In this document: piece by piece, positions 55,388-64,000 of the stretch
Position numbering within the stretch: the stretch's first letter is position 1
Layout of the letters: each line of letters opens with the position of its first letter
Source: an uncultured Spirochaetota bacterium
GTDB taxonomy: Bacteria > Spirochaetota > UBA4802 > UBA5550
Assembly (NCBI GenBank): GCA_963827275.1
Contig: CAWHAA010000005.1
Span: 32,001 to 96,000, forward strand
Reading direction: 5' to 3'
DNA length: 64,000 nt
The notes under the pieces: model-generated
The model's database searches: none
Told to the model about the DNA's origin: nothing
The model's input: the letters and a program-made list of their open reading frames with translations, nothing else
Position numbers and translations under genes: made by a program

Positions 55388-55516
55388 ACGCCACATCCTG
55401 GCACATAGAATAAGAAGCGTGTCAATGGTGTGCGTTCAAGGGATAATTGCAACAATTTTTTGGTGGGACGCGCGGGGCCGCCCCGCGAAATGCACGGCGG
55501 TCCCCATCGCGCGGCG

Positions 55517-56710
55517 CTACTGGATCTTCCCGGCGTCCGTCTTTTCCGGCGCCGCTTCCTTTGCCGCCCCGTCGTCTTGCCCGCCGTTCTTTTCCCCGTC
55601 GTCGTCCTCCGGGATATCGTCCTCGACCGTTACCATGTCAAGGATCCCGTCAAGGGCCGACTTCTTCGAGAACCGGTTATAGTTGTCCGCGAGATGGAGC
55701 TTGAACTTGTCATAATCCGCCTTGAGGAGGCGGTGCCGGTCGGCTTCGGCCGACTCGCCGCTGGCCGCGCCGAGGACGTCGAAGGTCGCGACGATGAGCT
55801 TGAAATTAAAATCGTCGATATGCTCCCGCATGATGTCTTCCGCCATGTCGAAGTCGCCGTTCACGAGATAGCGGGCGGTCCTGGTTTCGTTCCTGAAGCG
55901 GACCCTGCTCTCGACCCTGGATTCATAGGTCTGCCCGCCGTAGCCCTGGGCGGAGAACTTCCCGCTGTCAGTGCTCTCCTGGCCCTGGCGGCGCGCCCGC
56001 TCATCCTTCCTGAAGCTATCGTAATTTTTATCGATCTCGTTGATATAGTCCTGGTCGTTCAGGTCAACAAATCTGGCCATGTAGCGGTTGTCCATGTCGC
56101 GCTCGGACTTGCAGAGCTGGTTGTAGATTTTTTTCTTCATCTCCATATTCTGGCTCTCGAAGAGCGCCAGGAACGCGTAGCGCTTCGCGCGCCGCGCCAT
56201 CTTGATGGCGTCGACATATTTGTACAGCTTGTACGAATACAGCTTCGGGTTCGATGAATCGGCCACGGTGTAGTGCACCCAGCTCACGGTCCGGTCACGA
56301 TAGCCGAGGGTGAGATAGAGGCGCGCCCGGGGGTTCTTGGAGCGGATGATGCCCGGGGCCAGCCGGTCGAGTATCTGCTTTGAATCCTCGAGGTAGTAGT
56401 TCTTCACCAGCTCGCGGTACAGCTTTTCCATGTCCCCCTGCGAGGAATAGACGCGTTTGTAGGCGCGGCGGTAATCTGACTGGAGATACGCGACGTCCGC
56501 GTTAAAATGCTTCTCGTAGGCCTTTTTGAGGTCTTCCTTTTTATCGTCAGCAAAATTGGAAACGCCGACGTTGACAAACTCGACAAAGCGCTTGTTCTCC
56601 TTGAGGATCCGCTCAGTCGTCGTCTGGTCGGAAAAAGGAAAGACGCTTGAAGCAATGAACATAAGCGCGGCCGTCATAAGCGCTGTGCGGATTGTATCTC
56701 CCTTTCTCAT
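55517..56710 (-). CDS. Exported protein resembling the leptospiral OmpL37 family
   Basis: Signal peptide; YLQSDY, LGYRD, RRAKRYAFLAL, DNY pattern recalled from memory, not searched. Confidence 0.55.
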   Translation of the reverse strand: MRKGDTIRTALMTAALMFIASSVFPFSDQTTTERILKENKRFVEFVNVGVSNFADDKKEDLKKAYEKHFNADVAYLQSDYRRAYKRVYSSQGDMEKLYRELVKNYYLEDSKQILDRLAPGIIRSKNPRARLYLTLGYRDRTVSWVHYTVADSSNPKLYSYKLYKYVDAIKMARRAKRYAFLALFESQNMEMKKKIYNQLCKSERDMDNRYMARFVDLNDQDYINEIDKNYDSFRKDERARRQGQESTDSGKFSAQGYGGQTYESRVESRVRFRNETRTARYLVNGDFDMAEDIMREHIDDFNFKLIVATFDVLGAASGESAEADRHRLLKADYDKFKLHLADNYNRFSKKSALDGILDMVTVEDDIPEDDDGEKNGGQDDGAAKEAAPEKTDAGKIQ

Positions 56711-57060
56711 AATTACGGTTCCCCTGCAGATAATGTAGTGCGCGTATACCGATCGGACCAGCCGGTACGGATATCATCCAATATAATTCTCTATATTATA
56801 TATCGTACACAACGGCAATAAATCAAATATTTATTTTATTATGCATACAAATAATTAAAAATATCCAGTTTTAAACAACCCCGCCGGCCCCATCAGGAAT
56901 TCAGCGGCGCGAAGGGCATGGCAGGAGCTGTTCCTTTCGCGGAAGGGCCCATTATCCCCCATTGCTCTATTTTTATATTGACACATAGATGATTTTAGCT
57001 ACAATTAGCTATATAGTAAACATCCATTTCTCTTTTTACATTAAAAAAACGGAAAATCGC

Positions 57061-58053
57061 ATGAACCAGGATCCCATGGACTTCCAGGACATCAAAGACA
57101 ATATCATGATTGTCAAGGGTCGCTTCAAGGCCGGGTCTCTCAATCTCTACGGCCAGTTCATTCTCATTTTTAAAGACAGGAACTCGTTCGAATCCTTCAA
57201 CGCCGTGGTCTCCACCTATTCCGACCTGTACAATACCGAGCCCCACGAGGAATGGACCAAGTACCGTGAATTTATCGCCAACATCAAGTGGAAGGGAAAC
57301 TACAACGCGAACATGACCGCCTCGATCATGGAACATCTCAAGAAATTCTCCGAGGAGATGAACTCCATATCCATCCTGTACGACCATGTCTGCGACTACG
57401 ACTACAACGCCATGGACCTGATGCTCTTCGACCTGGTCAACCGGATCATCCATGACAAGAACCTGATCATCGAAAGCGCGATACAGGAGATTACACCCGA
57501 AGAATTCCGCTCCGCACTGGGGGTCTCGGACCAGGCCAAAGGCGACGAGGGACCGCTCCCGACGGCAAGCGACGGTTTTTCCGTCGAGGACGACGCCGTC
57601 ATCCTGCCGATCAAGCCGATCGTCGCTCCCGTCAAGGGCAAGCCCATATACGAATTGCGCATTGGCGACCGGCTGATGGTATTCATCCAGCCGCAATCAG
57701 ACCGCGCGAACTATTTCATCGACCTGCTGAACCTCCGCGACGGCAAGGAGATAAAACCCACGGCGGGCGAGGTCATCGATATCAAGGCCGGCTCGGGCAA
57801 AAACAATCCCACGGACATACTGACCCTCATATCGCCGGGCATTTACGGGAAATTCACCGAGGCCGAAAAGCAGGTGAAGCTGAAGCTGTACAATCCCGAT
57901 ATCGACGGGCCGCTGAAAAAGAGTACACCGGGAATGGCTGCCGCGTCCGCGGACGACGGCCGCCCCGCCTTCTCGAAAGGCACCATCGCCATGCTGGGGC
58001 TGTTCATGGCGATCCTGGTCCTCTTTATTGTGCTAATAATTTTATTCTGGTAG
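57061..58053 (+). CDS. Hypothetical protein with a C-terminal TM helix
   Basis: Long ORF with genomic codon usage. Confidence 0.75.
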   Translation: MNQDPMDFQDIKDNIMIVKGRFKAGSLNLYGQFILIFKDRNSFESFNAVVSTYSDLYNTEPHEEWTKYREFIANIKWKGNYNANMTASIMEHLKKFSEEMNSISILYDHVCDYDYNAMDLMLFDLVNRIIHDKNLIIESAIQEITPEEFRSALGVSDQAKGDEGPLPTASDGFSVEDDAVILPIKPIVAPVKGKPIYELRIGDRLMVFIQPQSDRANYFIDLLNLRDGKEIKPTAGEVIDIKAGSGKNNPTDILTLISPGIYGKFTEAEKQVKLKLYNPDIDGPLKKSTPGMAAASADDGRPAFSKGTIAMLGLFMAILVLFIVLIILFW

Positions 58054-58147
58054 CCGGCGCCGGCATACCGTCGCGCCCGGGCGGCCGCAGGCATCGCCGG
58101 AGCGGGACACCGCGACAGGACATCCCCCAATCAGGAGTGATTTCTCA

Positions 58148-59474
58148 ATGGATACCGATCAGAACAAGGAATATGTCTTAAAGCTCGCGCACGACAACAA
58201 CGTGAAGTTCATCCGCCTCTGGTTCACCGATATACTGGGCTTCCTGAAAAGCTTCGCGATAACAATCGACGAACTCGAGGACGCCATAACGGAGGGCGTC
58301 AGGTTCGACGGGTCGACCCTCCAGGGCTTCATCCGCTCCGATGAACGTGAGATGATAGCGCTCCCCGACGTATCGACCTTCAAGGTGCTGCCCTGGCGGC
58401 CGAAGGAGGATTCGGTCGCGCGGATCATCTGCGACATCAACCAGATAGACATGCGGCCCTACGACGGGGATTCCCGCTACGTCCTGAAGAAAAACCTGAA
58501 AAAGGCGGCCGCCCGCGGCCTTACCTTTTATACCGGGCCGGAGATAGAGTTTTTCTTCTTCAAAAACTCGCTCCAGCCGGAGACGCTTGACCGCGGCGGC
58601 TACTTTGACCTCACCCCCCTTGACGTGGCGACGGACTACCGGCGCGACGCGGTGCTGACGCTCGAGAAGATGGGGATCGACGTGATATCCTCTCACCACG
58701 AGGGGTCGCACAGCCAGCACGAGATCGACCTCCGGCATGAAGACGCGCTCACGACCGCGGACAACATCATGACCTTCAGGCTGATCGTCAAGGAGGTCGC
58801 GCTCCTGAACAACATCTACGCGTCGTTCATGCCCAAGCCGCTCGCGCACCAGAACGGATCGGGCCTGCACCTCCACCTGTCCCTGTTCAAGAACGAAAAG
58901 AACATCTTCTTCGATAAAAACAGCGAGACCTATCTGTCCAGGACCGCCGAGCATTTTATCGCCGGCCTCCTCAAGCATTGCAACGAGTTCTTTGTCCTGA
59001 CCAACCAGTGGATCAACTCGTATAAAAGGCTCCATGAGGACTTCGAGTCCCCGACGCACGCCACGTGGAGCCACACCAGCCACGATGCGCTGGTCCGCGT
59101 GCCGCAGTGCAGGCCCGACAAGCCGAACGCGATGCGCATCGAGATGCAGAACCCCGATCCCGCGTGCAATCCCTACCTGGTCTTTTCCGCGATCCTTGCG
59201 GCCGGCCTGAAGGGCATAGATGAAAAGTACCGGCTCAACGAGCCGGTTGACTGCGCCCGGGAAGGGACCCGGGAAAATGAAAAGTCCGGCTACCAGCGCC
59301 TCCCGGCCCACCTGCACGACGCCCTCTCCTATTTTGAAAAGAGCGCGCTGATGAAAGAGACCCTCGGCGAGCCTGCTCTTCAACAAGATCATCGAGAATA
59401 AAAAGCTTGAGCTGGACCGGTATAACAGGTACATCACCGATTACGAAATCCAGGAATACCTGCCGATACTGTGA
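58148..59474 (+). CDS. glnA: Glutamine synthetase family (type I-like) protein, divergent; frameshift near 59375
   Basis: VKFIRLWFTDILG, GPEIEFF, HHE...QHEID, FMPKP...NGSGLHLH, PDPACNPY; ends EIQEYLPIL. Confidence 0.85.
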
Positions 59475-59487
59475 CGCCCGCGGCCGG

Positions 59488-60576
59488 ATGAAAAAGCAAC
59501 AGCCCACTATCGCGCTGATCGGGTGCGGCAGGATCGGATTCCTGCTGGAAAACGACCCGTTGCGCTACAAGCCCTGCACGCACTACGGCGGCGCGTCCGC
59601 CGCCGGGCTTGCGGTCACCCACGCCTGCGATATCGACCGCGGCCGGCTTGCCCGGTTCGGCACCACGGCGCGGATCCCGGATGACAACCTGTTCGAGCGA
59701 TTACCGGGACCTCCTGGCCGCGGCCCGCCCCGCCATGGTCATCATCGCGACCTGGACCGGGAGCCATGAGCGGATCGCGGTCGAGGCCGCGCGCGCCGGC
59801 GCTTCCCTCATCGTGCTTGAAAAGCCGATGGCCTCAAGCATCGACGGGTGCCGCGCCATAATCGAGCAATGCCGGCGCAGCGGCACCACGGTCATCATCA
59901 ACCACGAGCGCAGGTATGACAGCAGGTACCGGAAAGCCAGGGAGATCATCGCGCGCGGCAGGATCGGCCGCGTCATGACGGTACACGCGTCGATCCTCAC
60001 CGGCGGCTACGCCGGCCCGTCGGACCCCGCCGAGGGGGGCGGGCCGCTCCTCCATGACGGCACCCACCTGGTGGACATGGTCCGCTATCTCTTCGGCGAG
60101 ATCGCGTCCGTCGAGGGCGAGTTCAGGCGCGACGGCCGGTCACGCGGCTTCGAGGACCGCGCGTGCGCATGGCTGAAGACCGTAAGCGGCACCGACGTAT
60201 TTCTCGAGGCGGGCGGCGGAAGGGATTATTTCGTGTTCGAGCTTGCAATATCCGGCACCCGCGGGAAGCTCATCATCGGCAACGGGTACGAGTCGCTCCA
60301 TCTCGGGAAAAAGTCTCGGCTCTACAGCGGGTTCCGCGACATCGCCGAAGTGCCCTTCCCGCGCTACCGGAAAAACAACTGTTTCCACGAGCTGTACCGC
60401 GAGGCGAAGAAGGCCCTTGCGGGATTCACGCAGGTCAGCTCATCAGGGTCCGACGGCTGCCGGGCCCTGGAGGCGATCCATGCGGTCTACCTCTCATCAT
60501 CACTGAACGGAACGAGGGTCACCCTCCCCTCGAACCCGGCGCGGTCGACCTGAAAAAAATATTCGGCCTGAAATAA
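59488..60576 (+). CDS. Gfo/Idh/MocA-family oxidoreductase (frameshifts)
   Basis: IGCGRIG, LEKPMA, NHERRY, GGGPLLHDGTHLVD. Confidence 0.85.
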
Positions 60577-60618
60577 AAATATTTTGACATTGCGTAATTT
60601 TATTGAAAGACTCCAGCC

Positions 60619-61521
60619 ATGAGAGAAGCAATCGCCGTCATCGGCTCCCCCCTTATCGACAGCTTCATCAGGATCATCCAGAGCCTTGCGGGCCGCGGCA
60701 GGAACGTGTACCACCAGCACCTGATCGACCCGCTTACCCGCTGGTCCCCGTCCGTGCCGGCCGAACCGATCGAGAAGCTCATGACGCTCCTTGACCAGGC
60801 CAAGACATCGAGAAGCAAAAAAGTGCCCCTCCTCTACAAGATGGCGCTGGTCAAGTCGGTTGCGCCCGACCAGTTCGACCTCTCCCTGCCGGGAAACATC
60901 TCGCTGAACTTCCTGAAATCAATGAAAGAGGAACCGCGCGTATCTTCTTCCGATGAGGCCCTGCAGTTCGTGAACATTTTACGCAACCCCTTCAAGGAGT
61001 ACTCCGACAGGGAATTCGTCCGCATGAACAGGAAATTCGAGGAGGAGATCGCAAGCGCCGGCGAGATAGAGGTTGAAAAGCTGATAAAGGCCCACGAGGG
61101 TGAGGAGGCCGAGGCCGCAAAGGCTGAAGAGCAGTCGCGCCAGGCCCTGGAGGCCATCCGGGCCATGCGGAGGACAGCGGACCTTCCCGACATAAAGCGG
61201 GCCGTCGTCGTCTACCTCCTGAAATATTCCGACCCCCGGTCGCCGGGCCTCCACCTGGGGATCAACGATGTCGTCGCCCCCCTCGAGCTCAAGAACAAGT
61301 CCTTCATGAAGGAGGCGATGGACTCGGCCGCGGTCATCATCTACCACGAGGTATTGAAGGCGATCAAGGACAACAACCTCGTGCAGGCGGTGAAATACAT
61401 CGCGAAATTCGCCGTCCTGTTCAGGGGAAACCCGGAGACGCCGAACTACTGCGAGGTTGATTCCTTTGAGAAAAAGTTTTTCCGGATCATCGAAGAACGC
61501 AATCTGTGGGACCGGCTATGA
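60619..61521 (+). CDS. Hypothetical protein
   Basis: 300-aa ORF with genomic codon usage. Confidence 0.75.
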   Translation: MREAIAVIGSPLIDSFIRIIQSLAGRGRNVYHQHLIDPLTRWSPSVPAEPIEKLMTLLDQAKTSRSKKVPLLYKMALVKSVAPDQFDLSLPGNISLNFLKSMKEEPRVSSSDEALQFVNILRNPFKEYSDREFVRMNRKFEEEIASAGEIEVEKLIKAHEGEEAEAAKAEEQSRQALEAIRAMRRTADLPDIKRAVVVYLLKYSDPRSPGLHLGINDVVAPLELKNKSFMKEAMDSAAVIIYHEVLKAIKDNNLVQAVKYIAKFAVLFRGNPETPNYCEVDSFEKKFFRIIEERNLWDRL

Positions 61522-61874
61522 CCAGCCTGGAAATAACGATAGATCGGCCGAAAGATGAAATCGCGGTGGTGCGGCTGAACGGCAAGTATACCATCGAGGA
61601 CGTCAACGACTTCAAGGCCCGGACCGCCCCGCTCATGCAGGCGCCGGTGAGGCATATCCTCCTCGACTGCAGCAAGCTCAAGTACATCGATTCATCCGGG
61701 ATCGGCTCCCTGATCCTCCTGATGAACACGGCAAAAAACGTCGGCATCGGGCTTATCTTCTACGACGTCGCCAGTGATATCGTGAACGTTCTCAGGATCG
61801 CTTACCTGGACAAGTTCTTCCGCATCTCGACGTCGGTTGACCTCGGAAAATCCTTCCCCGGCGTTCAGCTCTAG
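61518..61874 (+). CDS. STAS-domain protein
   Basis: LDCSKLKYIDSSGIGSL. Confidence 0.88.
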   Translation: MTSLEITIDRPKDEIAVVRLNGKYTIEDVNDFKARTAPLMQAPVRHILLDCSKLKYIDSSGIGSLILLMNTAKNVGIGLIFYDVASDIVNVLRIAYLDKFFRISTSVDLGKSFPGVQL

Positions 61875-61889
61875 CGCCCTCCGCGCGCG

Positions 61890-62546
61890 CTACACGAACC
61901 CTCCCTCGCCCAGCTTGCGCATCAGGCCGCCCTCATCGGCGTGGCTGCCGCCCGCGTTCCCCGGCCGCAGCATCCGCTCCACGTACTTCGCGAGGATGTC
62001 CGGTTCGATGTTCACCTCGTCGCCGGCTTTCCACCCCGTCACGATGGTGTTCCCCATCGTCTCGGGGATCAGGTAGAGGGAAAACCCCGCGCCGTCGCAG
62101 GACACCACCGTCAGGGATATCCCGTCGACCGCGACCGAGCCCTTTTCAACAATATACTTCATGATGTCCGGACCGGCGGCGACGCGGACCCGCATCCCCA
62201 TTGAGTCCTTTTCCATCTTTTCGATTTTCCCGCGCCCGTCAACATGCCCCTGGACGAAATGCCCGCCGAAGCGGGACGCGGGGGTCATGGCCCGCTCCAG
62301 GTTCACCTTGCGGCCGGGCGCGAACGAGCCGAGGGTGGTGACCGATGCCGTGACAGCGGAGGCGAACACGGTGAAAGACCCGCGGTCCGCGGCGGTCACC
62401 GTCTGGCAGGCGCCGTTGACGCAGACCGAGTCGCCGGTCCTGACGCCGTCCAGGACGCGCTCGCATGCGACCGTGATAGTGATGCCGCCGCCGGCCCTGG
62501 CAACGCCGGTCACCTTCCCGACCTCCTCGATTAACCCCGTGAACAT
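61890..62546 (-). CDS. ribE: Riboflavin synthase (alpha chain)
   Basis: MFTGLIEEVG, VNLERA, GGHFVQGHVD, KGSVAVDGISLT. Confidence 0.95.
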   Translation of the reverse strand: MFTGLIEEVGKVTGVARAGGGITITVACERVLDGVRTGDSVCVNGACQTVTAADRGSFTVFASAVTASVTTLGSFAPGRKVNLERAMTPASRFGGHFVQGHVDGRGKIEKMEKDSMGMRVRVAAGPDIMKYIVEKGSVAVDGISLTVVSCDGAGFSLYLIPETMGNTIVTGWKAGDEVNIEPDILAKYVERMLRPGNAGGSHADEGGLMRKLGEGGFV

Positions 62547-62557
62547 CCCGCGCCTCC

Positions 62558-63769
62558 TTACATCATTTCGAAATGGTACTGCTCCCGGTACCCGTTATAG
62601 ACGAGATCCTCCTTCACCGGCACGACCGAAACGTCCCGCAGCGCCATCGCATCGGCGATGGCATCGACGCCCGTGCCCGCCAGCGGCGGCGGCCCGTTGC
62701 CCGCGATCTTCGGCGCGATGATATACAGGAACTGGTCTATCTCGCCCGCGTCCAGGAACGAACCCGCGAGCCTACCGCCCCCTTCCAGCATGGCGAACAT
62801 GACCCCGCGGCGCGCCAGCTCGGCGGCGATGGCCCCCGCCTCCTCGGCCGGAGAGGAAGCGTCGACGCAATGCAGGTTGATCGAATTGATCCTGCTCCCG
62901 AGCGTCCCGCCGGCCCGCAGGAGACGCTCAACCGTGTCCCGGCGCTCGAAAAACAGATAGTTGTCATCTGCCATCACGTTGCATCCGGGATCTATCTCTT
63001 CGGGAAGCCCTATCACCACCCGGAGGGGGGAGCGCATGCCCTTCATGTCGCCGGCAAGGAGCGACTTTAGAAAAAAGTTGTCCCTCCCGATCATCTTCGG
63101 AGCGCTCTCCCTGAAAAAGCGGGACACCTCCTCGCTGAACGAACCGAGCCGGACGTTCAGCGACGGATTGTCCCTGATAAAGGTGTTTTTCCCGACAATG
63201 ATTGCGTCCACCTTCGCCCGGAGACGGTGCGCCAGGCAGCGCGAATATTCCGAGGATATCCAGCGCGAGTCGCCGGTCTTCGCCGCGATCCTGCCGTCAA
63301 GCGTGACCGCGCTCTTGCTTACGATGAACGGCCTGTGGCGAAGGATATATTTTTTAAAGGGCCGGATAATTTCTACCGCGTATTCCGCCATCTCTTCCAT
63401 TAATACGACATCGATGCCGGCGCGCTTCAGCTCGGCGACGCCCTTGCCGGAAACCACCGGGTTCGGGTCGAATGCCGGTATGAACACGCGGGTGATCCCG
63501 GCCTTCTGTATGGCCGCGGTGCAGGGGGGCGTTTTCCCGAAATGGTTGCACGGCTCGAGCGAGACATACATGTCGGCGCCGGCGCACTCTCCGCCGGCGC
63601 ATGAAAGCGCCGCCGCCTCGGCATGGTCCGAGCCGAACGGGCCGGTGCCCCCGGTCGCGATGATGGTCCCGTTTTTAACGATCACCGCTCCCACCGGCGG
63701 GTTTGGCGAGGTCTCGCCCATCCGCTGAAACGCGATCTCAAGCGCCATTTCCATGTACTTCGCGTGCAT
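62558..63769 (-). CDS. ribD: Riboflavin biosynthesis deaminase/reductase
   Basis: PNPPVGAV, HAE, LEPCNH...PPC, LEGGG. Confidence 0.95.
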   Translation of the reverse strand: MHAKYMEMALEIAFQRMGETSPNPPVGAVIVKNGTIIATGGTGPFGSDHAEAAALSCAGGECAGADMYVSLEPCNHFGKTPPCTAAIQKAGITRVFIPAFDPNPVVSGKGVAELKRAGIDVVLMEEMAEYAVEIIRPFKKYILRHRPFIVSKSAVTLDGRIAAKTGDSRWISSEYSRCLAHRLRAKVDAIIVGKNTFIRDNPSLNVRLGSFSEEVSRFFRESAPKMIGRDNFFLKSLLAGDMKGMRSPLRVVIGLPEEIDPGCNVMADDNYLFFERRDTVERLLRAGGTLGSRINSINLHCVDASSPAEEAGAIAAELARRGVMFAMLEGGGRLAGSFLDAGEIDQFLYIIAPKIAGNGPPPLAGTGVDAIADAMALRDVSVVPVKEDLVYNGYREQYHFEMM

Positions 63770-64000
63770 TATTGCTTCCCTATTCCATGCCGTTCCAGCA
63801 GTTCCTCCCGGTCACCGTCGAACCGCATCGTCCCGGCGAGGGACCCGCCTGTTTCACCTGACAGCCGCGTATTGAACCGGCGCGCGGAAAGGTAGCCGCC
63901 GGCAATGCTCCCCGCGTAAAAAAAGCACCCCATGGCGCCGGTAACATACCCGATGACGTCATTGCGGGTACGGAAGGCAAAATAGGTCATGAGGACGTCC
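63769..64000 (-). CDS. Hypothetical membrane protein, C-terminal part
   Basis: FYAGSIAGGYLSARRFN; runs off the window. Confidence 0.5.
   Translation of the reverse strand, partial: DVLMTYFAFRTRNDVIGYVTGAMGCFFYAGSIAGGYLSARRFNTRLSGETGGSLAGTMRFDGDREELLERHGIGKQ

Overview
GC-rich bacterial chromosome segment, probably from a Leptospira-related Spirochaetota lineage (inferred from gene content such as an OmpL37-like protein and many STAS/TPR proteins). Housekeeping blocks (tlyA-dxs-ymdB-rny-coaD-NlpC; plsC, argJ/D/F/G, S8 protease, ECF sigma, MoxR/VWA, SpoIIE, TPR, tRNA-Gly, glnA-like, ribE/ribD) flank a ~22 kb AT-rich island (about 6.1-28.2 kb). The island is organised like an integron: a divergently transcribed tyrosine recombinase, a promoter and a G/TTAAAC attI-like site, then about 17-19 cassettes separated by RYYYAAC...GTTRRRY sites. 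It is non-canonical in several ways. The recombinase lacks the IntI-specific insertion. The attC-like sites are long (123-306 bp) and branched, with a distinctive AAC-A-stem...stem-GRAC-GTT geometry. Most cassettes have self-complementary ends with a mismatch at a fixed position. One ~472-bp ORF-less cassette that can fold into a three-way junction occurs six times. The array also holds two paralogous TA cassettes, IS3 (two copies) and IS481 insertions, and eroded cassettes at both edges, including one on the far side of the integrase. Many GC-rich housekeeping genes have frameshifts that are most likely sequencing or assembly indels.
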